From Acidilobus sp. (GTDB taxonomy: Archaea > Thermoproteota > Thermoprotei_A > Sulfolobales > Acidilobaceae), in contig JBMFHE010000003.1 in NCBI GenBank assembly GCA_049977005.1, forward strand, positions 92,694-156,693: DNA of 64,000 nucleotides, written 5' to 3'. This document shows positions 10,177 to 17,746 of this stretch, in pieces. The position numbers and the translations under genes are program-made. The notes under the pieces are model-generated. The model was not told the origin of the DNA. It ran no database searches and worked only from the letters and a program-made list of their open reading frames with translations. The stretch's first letter is position 1. Each line of letters opens with the position of its first letter.

Positions 10177-11457
10177 TTGAAGAAGCTGATATACGTAGTG
10201 CTAGACGGGGCGGCCGACGGGCTTAATCCTCCCAAGAGCTCCCTTGGATCTGCTTCGAAGCCCAACATTGACATGTTAGCAAGGTCTGCCAAGTGCGGGC
10301 TGGTGTACACGGTAGGTAAGGGAATAGCCCCGGAGAGTGACGAGGCCGTTATAAGTATCCTAGGGTATGAGCCGGAAAAGTACTACACTGGCAGGGGCCC
10401 ACTTGAGGCCCTCGGCGCTGGCATTGACTTTAGGGAAGGCGAGGTTGCCCTACGCGCTAACTTCGCTACAGTCGACCCAAGAGACCTCAGGATCATAGAC
10501 AGGCGCGCGGGACGCGGCGTCACTAGGGAGGAAGCCATCGAGCTAGCCAAGGCACTGGACGGGATGAAGCTCGACAACGGCCACGGCGTGGCGAGGTTCG
10601 TGCCGACCGTTGGGCACAGAGCAGTCCTAGTGCTGGCGCACGACAGCGTTAAGCTCAGCGCCAACATAACTAACACGGACCCGGCCTATGAGAAGGTGGG
10701 ACTTATGAGCAAGGCCAAGGCGAGGTTCGACCCCTACGTTCAGCTGAGCAGGCCACTTGACGAGAGTGACCAGGGGGCCGTCAAGGCGGCCCAGCTGCTT
10801 AACGAGTTCACGAGGAGAGCAGTCGAGGTCCTTAGCTCCCACCCTGTAAATTTGAACAGAGCGTCAAGGGGTCAGCTTCCTGCGAACGCAATCCTTGCCA
10901 GGGACGCCGGCGACAGGCTGCCGTCCGCCCCACCTATAAGTCAGAGGTTTGGCATGAAGTTCGCCAGCGTCACCGAGATGCCTGTTGAAAGGGGGATAGC
11001 CAGGGCCTTCGGCCTCGTGGACCTTCACTATGAAACCGAGGGAAAAAGCAAAGAGGAGATACTCAGCGAGGAGGCAGACCTGGTCGCTGACAACCTTGAT
11101 CGCTATGACGCCTTTTACGTCCATCTGAAGGGACCCGACGAGCCGGGGCACGACGGGAACTTCGATGCAAAGGTCAAAGCTATCGAGCTTATCGACAAGT
11201 TCTTCTTCTCAAGGCTCCTGTCTCATGTAAGACTTGACGACGTGCTCTTCATAGTGACCTCGGATCACTCAACCCCCTGGTATCTAAAGAGCCACAGCGA
11301 TGACCCTGTCCCAATCATGTTCTCGAACCCAAGGCTTGGCCCAGGCCCCGGGAAGTTTGACGAGAAGGCCTGCTCAGGCGGCGATCTGGGGCTGCTCGAG
11401 CGGGGCACTATGATACTGCCCACGGCCGTTGGCTTGCTGAGGTCAATATCTTCTTAG
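10177..11457 (+). CDS. apgM: 2,3-bisphosphoglycerate-independent phosphoglycerate mutase
   Basis: VLDGAAD, PESD, YTGRGPLEA, HLKGPDEPGHDG, TSDHSTP. Confidence 0.93.
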   Translation: MKKLIYVVLDGAADGLNPPKSSLGSASKPNIDMLARSAKCGLVYTVGKGIAPESDEAVISILGYEPEKYYTGRGPLEALGAGIDFREGEVALRANFATVDPRDLRIIDRRAGRGVTREEAIELAKALDGMKLDNGHGVARFVPTVGHRAVLVLAHDSVKLSANITNTDPAYEKVGLMSKAKARFDPYVQLSRPLDESDQGAVKAAQLLNEFTRRAVEVLSSHPVNLNRASRGQLPANAILARDAGDRLPSAPPISQRFGMKFASVTEMPVERGIARAFGLVDLHYETEGKSKEEILSEEADLVADNLDRYDAFYVHLKGPDEPGHDGNFDAKVKAIELIDKFFFSRLLSHVRLDDVLFIVTSDHSTPWYLKSHSDDPVPIMFSNPRLGPGPGKFDEKACSGGDLGLLERGTMILPTAVGLLRSISS

Positions 11458-11497
11458 TCGCGCCATCATAACTTAAAAACTTGCTGACGTTGAACCT

Positions 11498-12253
11498 TTG
11501 GCGCTAAGGGAGAAGGAAGTGCCGGGAAGGGAAGAGCGACCGCCGCTGAGAATTGTGATCTCGGACCCAACAGGAGGCAAGGTTCAGCTCAAGGTGAAGG
11601 TGAAGGGGGTAGAGGACGAGGCGATAGAGTATAAGGACACTATGAAGAAGACCAAGGAGCAGGAGAGGACAGAGCTCCCCCTAGCTAAGATATCTCCGGC
11701 CATGTATGAGAAGCTGTCGCTGTCGCCGACGGGCGTGGCAACGCTGAGCGTGACTGTAGAGGGGTCGAAGACCAACGTCCCCCTTAAGGTCATCCAGGAT
11801 CAGGCGGTCCCGGATGGTGAGGTGTGGGTCCACAGCAAGCTCCTGGCCGAGTTAACGGGCGGACAAGAGGTCGAGGGCGTGATCTATAAGGCGAAGGCAT
11901 GGCAGATAGCAGTCCCTGACGAGGTCGCGATAAGGCTGGCCGGACTCGAGATCGGGGACGAGTTCGACGGCATAATAATTGGAATGCCTGGCGTCACCCT
12001 GAAGATAACTGGGGGCACCGACGCATCCGGGTTCCCGATGCATCCCGGCGTCCCTGGATCCGTGAGGAAGAAGGTCCTGCTCAGCGGCCCGCCGGGCTTC
12101 CACCCGAGGAGGAGGGGCGAGAGGAGGAAGAAGACGGTCAGAGGCAACAGGATACCAGATCCAAGGGCCGAGAGGCGCAAGACCGCCCTGGCGCAGCTTA
12201 ACGTGGTTGTGGTCTACCCTGAGGCCAAGGAGGCCAAGGCCCCTGCCTCATAA
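11498..12253 (+). CDS. rps6e: 30S ribosomal protein S6e (long form)
   Basis: IVISDP, LKITGGTDASGFPM, GERRKKTVRGN, QLN. Confidence 0.93.
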   Translation: MALREKEVPGREERPPLRIVISDPTGGKVQLKVKVKGVEDEAIEYKDTMKKTKEQERTELPLAKISPAMYEKLSLSPTGVATLSVTVEGSKTNVPLKVIQDQAVPDGEVWVHSKLLAELTGGQEVEGVIYKAKAWQIAVPDEVAIRLAGLEIGDEFDGIIIGMPGVTLKITGGTDASGFPMHPGVPGSVRKKVLLSGPPGFHPRRRGERRKKTVRGNRIPDPRAERRKTALAQLNVVVVYPEAKEAKAPAS

Positions 12254-12294
12254 GCTATCTTTGGGTCATTTAAATAGCCGAGAGTAGCTCCTGG

Positions 12295-13563
12295 GTGGGA
12301 GAGGTCTTGGCGCAGCCCGAGTTACCGCCTGAGAAGCTGCAGCCCGAGGTCAACGTGGGCGTAGTGGGTCACGTGGACCACGGAAAGACTACGCTCGTCC
12401 AGGCACTGACAGGCGTTTGGACCATGAGGCACAGCGAGGAGATCAAGAGGGGAATGACGATAAAGTTAGGCTATGCTGACGGGGAGGTATGGGAGTGCGA
12501 GGGCTGCGGCTTCCCTGATAGGTATTCAACGGAGCCTGTCTGCGAGTGTAACCCTGGAGCTAAGCCGAGGCTGATCAGAAGGCTATCATTTGTTGACGCT
12601 CCTGGACACGAGATCTTGATGGCAACGATGCTCTCGGGCGCGGCCCTCATGGACGGCGCAATCCTAGTGGTGGCTGCTAATGAGCCGGCCCCGCAACCGC
12701 AGACGAAGGAGCACTTCCTCGCGCTTACAATACTAGGCATAAAGAACCTCATAGTGGTTCAAAATAAGATTGACGTAGTCAGCCCTGAGAGAGCCCGCGA
12801 GAGCTACAAGGAGATAAAGAAGTTCCTCGAGGGGACCTGGGCCGAGGACGCGCCGATAATTCCCGTGAGCGCCCTGAAGAGGGTCAACATTGATGCCGTG
12901 CTGGCGGCGATAGAGAAGCTCATACCTACCCCAGAAAGGAACCTGTCAGGGCCGCCCATAATGTATGTGATAAGGAGCTTTGACGTTAATAGGCCCGGCA
13001 CGAGGCCAGATGAGCTCGTTGGGGGCGTAATAGGGGGGTCCATACTGTCTGGCAGGATTAGGGTTGGGGATGAAATAGAGATCAGGCCTGGGGTCCAGGT
13101 CAAGGAGGGCGGCAAAGTCAAGTACGAGCCCCTTCGCACCACTGTGACCAGCCTGAGGTTCGGCAAGTATGAGGTAGAGGAGGCAAAGCCCGGCGGGCTG
13201 GTCGCCGTAGGCACGAAGCTTGACCCCTCGCTGACCAAGGCCGACAACTTAGCAGGCAGCGTCGCTGGCGACCCGGACAGGATGCCTGACTCCGTCTATG
13301 ACCTTACCATAGACTACAACCTCTTTGAGACAGTGGTCGGGGCTAAGGAGTCCGTGAGGGTTGAGCCTATTGGCAAGGGCGAGCTATTGTTGCTGGCCGT
13401 GGGGCCAGCCCTAACTATGGGCGACGTGGTCACGGCTTCGAAGGACAGGGTCGAGCTCAAGCTAAGGAGGCCCGTCGTGGCCTGGGAGAAAATGAGGGTC
13501 GCGATCAGCAGAAGGATAGGCGGCAGGTGGAGGCTCATAGGGTGGGGGACCGTTAGGGAGTGA
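12295..13563 (+). CDS. eif2g: Translation initiation factor aIF2 gamma subunit
   Basis: [44 protein letters not shown]. Confidence 0.97.
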   Translation: MGEVLAQPELPPEKLQPEVNVGVVGHVDHGKTTLVQALTGVWTMRHSEEIKRGMTIKLGYADGEVWECEGCGFPDRYSTEPVCECNPGAKPRLIRRLSFVDAPGHEILMATMLSGAALMDGAILVVAANEPAPQPQTKEHFLALTILGIKNLIVVQNKIDVVSPERARESYKEIKKFLEGTWAEDAPIIPVSALKRVNIDAVLAAIEKLIPTPERNLSGPPIMYVIRSFDVNRPGTRPDELVGGVIGGSILSGRIRVGDEIEIRPGVQVKEGGKVKYEPLRTTVTSLRFGKYEVEEAKPGGLVAVGTKLDPSLTKADNLAGSVAGDPDRMPDSVYDLTIDYNLFETVVGAKESVRVEPIGKGELLLLAVGPALTMGDVVTASKDRVELKLRRPVVAWEKMRVAISRRIGGRWRLIGWGTVRE

Positions 13564-13973
13564 GGGTTACCATACTTCTCGACACGAACTTCCTCATAAT
13601 GATGGCAAGGGGCCTGATACCCCCATCCTCAATAGGTGATGTCGTAAAGGCCAGCTATACCCTGGCAACGACCGATGCCGTTATCAGGGAGCTCTCGTCA
13701 ATGAGGGAGAGGGGCGGGCTTCTCGGAAGGGCTGCCTCCTTCGCGCTTGAGCTGACCAAAAGGCTTGACGTCGCTGTGATAGCTACTGGCCATGGGGACG
13801 CTGACAAGTCCCTCCTAGAGCTCGCTAAGGCCTTGAGGTTGAAGGGTGAGGTTGTAGCGGTCGCGACGAGTGATAAAGAGCTCAGGAGGAGACTTAAGGA
13901 GGCCGGCGTACCAACGATTTACTACAGGGAGGAGGGGGCTACCCTGGAGGTAGACTGGGAGCCCTTGCAGTAG
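13560..13973 (+). CDS. PIN-domain protein (Fcf1/Utp24-like)
   Basis: LLDTNFL, REL, AD, VATSD motifs; overlaps the eif2g stop. Confidence 0.88.
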   Translation: MRVTILLDTNFLIMMARGLIPPSSIGDVVKASYTLATTDAVIRELSSMRERGGLLGRAASFALELTKRLDVAVIATGHGDADKSLLELAKALRLKGEVVAVATSDKELRRRLKEAGVPTIYYREEGATLEVDWEPLQ

Positions 13974-14019
13974 GCCCTCTTAAGGAATTTAATGCTCCTG
14001 GCCGGCGCTAATTTTCGGT

Positions 14020-14094
14020 GCCGCCGTAGCTCAGCGGGAGAGCGCCCGGCTGAAGACCGGGTGGTCGGGGGTTCAAGTCCCCCCGGCGGCACCA
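14020..14094 (+). tRNA. tRNA-Phe(GAA), no intron, CCA encoded
   Basis: GCCGCCG/CGGCGGC acceptor stem, CCCGG-CTGAAGA-CCGGG anticodon arm, GTTCAAGTC T-loop. Confidence 0.97.
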
Positions 14095-14114
14095 CCAGAT
14101 TTAGGGTGTTAGGT

Positions 14115-14822
14115 TTGACGTTAGCGCTCATATTGGCAGGAGGCTATGGTAAAAGGCTGAGGCCTCTTACTGACGACAGGCCTAAGCCGCTGGTCGAGGT
14201 CGCTGGAAAGCCCATAATCGTGTGGCAGATAGAGTGGCTGAGGAAGCACGGCGTTAACGACATTATTGTCCTGGCCGGGTACAAGAAGGAGAAGATAATT
14301 GAGGCCCTCGGCAGCGGGTCCCGGTACGGCGTCTCGGTCACCTACGTCGTTGAGGACGAGCCCCTCGGCACCGGCGGTGCCGTAAGGAACGCCAGGCTGG
14401 CCCTCTCCGTCAAAGAGCCCTTCCTCGTGCTCAACGGCGACATAATAACCAACATAGACCCGTCCCTCCTCCTCAAGGCATTAGAGTCGAGCGACGCCGT
14501 CGGGGCGATAGCCCTGGTCCAGCTGAGGAGCCCGTATGGAATAGTTGAGGTGGGAGAGGGGGGCAGGGTTTCGAGCTTCAAGGAGAAGCCGATACTGGAG
14601 GGCTACTGGATCAACGCTGGCGTATACGCGTTCAGGCCCGAGGTTGGGGAGTACCTCCCAGAGAAGGGTGACCTTGAGTCTTACACGTTCCCCCTCCTGG
14701 CCAAGGAGCAGAGGCTGCTGGCCGTCACGTTTGATCTGAATAGGTACTACTGGAGAAGCATAGACACGTACAAGGACCTTGAGGAGGCCAGCGCCGACAT
14801 AGAGAAAAGGCTGGTGTTTTAG
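14115..14822 (+). CDS. Sugar-phosphate nucleotidyltransferase
   Basis: ILAGGYGKRLRPLT..PKP, EPLGTGG, NGD, EKP, INAGVY; start moved downstream of the tRNA (TTG at 14115). Confidence 0.9.
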   Translation: MTLALILAGGYGKRLRPLTDDRPKPLVEVAGKPIIVWQIEWLRKHGVNDIIVLAGYKKEKIIEALGSGSRYGVSVTYVVEDEPLGTGGAVRNARLALSVKEPFLVLNGDIITNIDPSLLLKALESSDAVGAIALVQLRSPYGIVEVGEGGRVSSFKEKPILEGYWINAGVYAFRPEVGEYLPEKGDLESYTFPLLAKEQRLLAVTFDLNRYYWRSIDTYKDLEEASADIEKRLVF

Positions 14823-15112
14823 GGACTGCTCTGCTCCCCGTACTCGCCCATCTCGTCAAGTACCAGCTCATAGTAGTCCTCCTTTGCCTGCTCCAGCTCC
14901 TCCTTGTTCTCCTCCATATTCACCTTCACTTCCTTGCTGACAACCTTGGTCGTCAGCACCTTCTGCCCGGCCCTCGTCGTGGCCGCGTACTCCTTTGAAG
15001 ACTTCGCGTCTATCTCCATTTCGTATCCGCACTTCGTGCACTTGAGGACGATCGTCTTGTCCTTTCTCTTAACCGGAACCATTACACCTCCGCAAACCGG
15101 ACAGAATCTCAC
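14819..15112 (-). CDS. RpoM/TFS-family protein with the N-terminal Zn ribbon only
   Basis: MRFCPVCGGVM...CTKCGY; no C-terminal ribbon with the QxRxADE motif. Confidence 0.8.
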   Translation of the reverse strand: MRFCPVCGGVMVPVKRKDKTIVLKCTKCGYEMEIDAKSSKEYAATTRAGQKVLTTKVVSKEVKVNMEENKEELEQAKEDYYELVLDEMGEYGEQSSP

Positions 15113-15224
15113 CGGTTACACCCTGCCTCCACTGGGCATTGGAGTCTTTAACTCGCGGGACCTAATAATACTTTACCCTAACGCAGGCGACCAGGAATCT
15201 ATGGCTGGCAGCATAGGGTATTGC

Positions 15225-16316
15225 TCACATCAATGGCATAGGGCCCACGCCCTTTCCCCTGAACTCGCCCACTACGTCAATCTTGGCCCCGCACCTGGGG
15301 CACCTCCCGTCCTTGGTGAGCCGCCACTTAGTGACGTAGAAGCCGTACCTTTCTATGACAGGATAGCCGCACTTTGGACAGTAGGTGTGCTCAAGTGGGT
15401 GCCCTGGTACGTTCCCTATGTAGACGTACTTCAGCCCCTCATCCTTAGCCGCCTTGGCTAGCCTTTCCAAAGTCTTGACCGGCGTGCTCTCCAGGTCAAG
15501 GAGCTTGTACTGAGGGTAGAACCGGAGAAGGTGGAAGGGAACGTGGTCACCTAAGTTTTCAACGATCCACCTAGCAAGCCTCCTGACGTCGCTCTCGCTG
15601 TCGCCATACTTAGGTATCACTAGGTTCGTAATCTCTATCCACATGCCTTTCTCCTTCATGGCCTTCAAAGTCTCAAATATCGGCTCGGGGTCAGGGACCG
15701 CCATCAGCCTTCTGTAAACGTCCTTGTTGCCGCCCCCCTTGAAGTCAACAGTGGCGGCGTCCATGTAGGGACCTATCTCATCCACTGCCTCAGGGGTGAT
15801 GTAACCGTTCGTCACCATCGTGTTGAACAGGCCGCTCCTTTTGGCAAGCACGGCTGTGTCGAACATGAACTCATACATTATGGTGGGCTCATTGTAAGTG
15901 TAAGATATGCCGTCAGCCCCCACCTCTTTTGCGTCAGCGACCACTTGCTCTGGGGTCCTGACCTCTCCATAGAGCCCCCTCTCTAGCCTGCTCTGACTAA
16001 TCTCCCAGTTCTGGCAGAACTGACAGTAGAAGTTACAGCCGACCGTTGATATGCTCAGCACGGCGCTGCCGGGGTAGAAGTGCATCAGGGGCTTCTTCTC
16101 TATGGGGTCAAGGTTGTAGGCTGTCAAGAGCCCATACACGTAAGTCAGCAGCCTGCCCCCCTCGTTCTTCCTGACCCCGCACACCCCCCACTTGCCCGGC
16201 GCGATCAGGCACCTCCTGTGGCACAGGTCGCAGCGCACCCAGCCAGGTCTGTCTTTCAGCGGCGCCCAGAACTTCGCCTCCCTTACGTAAGACGGCGTCA
16301 CTGTTCTAACGGTCAA
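15225..16316 (-). CDS. amrS: AmmeMemoRadiSam-system radical SAM enzyme
   Basis: CDLCHRRC, DPIEKKPLMHF, GCNFYCQFCQNWEISQ, YTYNEP, RFYPQY, YVYIGNV, C-terminal CPKCG/CPRCG. Confidence 0.92.
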   Translation of the reverse strand: MTVRTVTPSYVREAKFWAPLKDRPGWVRCDLCHRRCLIAPGKWGVCGVRKNEGGRLLTYVYGLLTAYNLDPIEKKPLMHFYPGSAVLSISTVGCNFYCQFCQNWEISQSRLERGLYGEVRTPEQVVADAKEVGADGISYTYNEPTIMYEFMFDTAVLAKRSGLFNTMVTNGYITPEAVDEIGPYMDAATVDFKGGGNKDVYRRLMAVPDPEPIFETLKAMKEKGMWIEITNLVIPKYGDSESDVRRLARWIVENLGDHVPFHLLRFYPQYKLLDLESTPVKTLERLAKAAKDEGLKYVYIGNVPGHPLEHTYCPKCGYPVIERYGFYVTKWRLTKDGRCPRCGAKIDVVGEFRGKGVGPMPLM

Positions 16317-17203
16317 ACCCTCATCACCGCCCTTGGGTCATACCACCTGGTCTGGCCACCGGATAACATCAGTACGCGCTCAGGGGTTTTCTTTGCAACT
16401 ACTTGCAGGAACGGCAGGGGAGCGCCGCACCTCCAACAGCCCCCCGAGGGGCTTAGCTCAAGGCTCCTGAGAACCCCTTCATCCCTGTACGCGACCGGGC
16501 TGCCGCACCTGGGGCAGAACGTGATCAGCTCGCTATAGAGCTCAACGTGAATGTAGGTGAACGGGTTCACATGCCTGAGCCTCTCATACATGTCCCTGAC
16601 CGCGCCGCCGCCCTTGTGCTCAAGTAAGAAGACGTGAAGGGGCACCCCATGGTCTGACGTAATATAGGCCAGCCCCAGCACGCTCTCAGCTATGGGGTCC
16701 TTAAGGTATGCCGCTACCTCAACCCACGTCCCCTGAGACCTGAGAGCGCCAAGCGTCCTATCTATGAGGTGGCCAGGTATTTCGTAAGAGGGGTCACAAG
16801 TGCCTATAGCGTCGGCGAGTAAGAAGTCTACGCCCTTCGGCACGTCGCCAAGTATAGTCCTAGCTCCCACCATCACGTTAAGCCCCTTCAGCCTGCTGAG
16901 GAACTCGGACAGCCTGCTAACCTGATACCCCTCAATGATGACCCCGTTAACCTTCCATGACCTGGCTAGTCTTTCCAGTTGCTCTGGCGTGACGAACTTA
17001 AGGGGAGGCCCTGCAATGGAGGACTTATAGAGCTCGGTCAGCGATTCGAACCCCTCACACTCCGGGGGCGAGGCGGCCGCCTCGGCGTCGACGTACGGCA
17101 CAACCCTTAGCAGGCTCCCGCCCGAGAGGACGTGATATAATGGTATTGCCTCGGCCGTCGAGAAGCCTATCGAGACCAGGCCAACGCTCTCAGGGGCTGA
17201 CAT
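16313..17203 (-). CDS. Degenerate AmrS paralog lacking the radical SAM Cys triad
   Basis: Colinear similarity to the adjacent AmrS (E.IPLYH, TPEQ, WVEV, VPLH, CPRCG..CWRCG). Confidence 0.75.
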   Translation of the reverse strand: MSAPESVGLVSIGFSTAEAIPLYHVLSGGSLLRVVPYVDAEAAASPPECEGFESLTELYKSSIAGPPLKFVTPEQLERLARSWKVNGVIIEGYQVSRLSEFLSRLKGLNVMVGARTILGDVPKGVDFLLADAIGTCDPSYEIPGHLIDRTLGALRSQGTWVEVAAYLKDPIAESVLGLAYITSDHGVPLHVFLLEHKGGGAVRDMYERLRHVNPFTYIHVELYSELITFCPRCGSPVAYRDEGVLRSLELSPSGGCWRCGAPLPFLQVVAKKTPERVLMLSGGQTRWYDPRAVMRV

Positions 17204-17209
17204 CTTCGG

Positions 17210-17737
17210 CTACTCGAGGACCCCTAGGTCCCTTAAGGCTGACAGCAACCTGTCCCCAAGCCTCCAGGACCTGGCCAGGAGCCTCAGCCCCTCAACGCTG
17301 GTCTCCTCGATCTCACTAACGTCAAAACCCAGCCTCCTATAATATCTGCTCACCAGTAGCGTGGCCGCCAGGTCCGCAGCCCTGGCCAGGAGGGCTTCGT
17401 CGCTGTTGCCATCGTAGTACTCCCTTACCAGCCCCTTGATCACCGCACTAACCTCGAGGCTGTCGAGGGCCGTGGCCTCAGCCGACCTCTTAGCCTCGTC
17501 GATGTTGGCCACCTTAGCTATGTCGCCTATCCTGGACTCGGCTATGTCGTGAACTAACGCAATGGCGGCCGACCTATAGGGGTCCAGCCCGAGCCTCTGG
17601 GCCAGCTCGAGCGCTATCAGCGCTGCGGCGAAGGAGTGCGACGAGACGCTCTCCGCGATCGAGGCAGGCACGCCCCTAAGCATCCACCCGGTCCTCGCGA
17701 GTGACCTGGAAGAGTTTATGATCTCCTCAAGTTTCAT
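17210..17737 (-). CDS. HD-domain phosphohydrolase (YfbR/HDDC2-like)
   Basis: RTGW, ESVSSHS, ALVHDIAE..GDI, AAD. Confidence 0.9.
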   Translation of the reverse strand: MKLEEIINSSRSLARTGWMLRGVPASIAESVSSHSFAAALIALELAQRLGLDPYRSAAIALVHDIAESRIGDIAKVANIDEAKRSAEATALDSLEVSAVIKGLVREYYDGNSDEALLARAADLAATLLVSRYYRRLGFDVSEIEETSVEGLRLLARSWRLGDRLLSALRDLGVLE

Positions 17738-17746
17738 CTAGGGCCC

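Noticed and set aside
13992-14114. N-terminal extension of the nucleotidyltransferase ORF
   Set aside because: It runs through tRNA-Phe; homology begins near 14115
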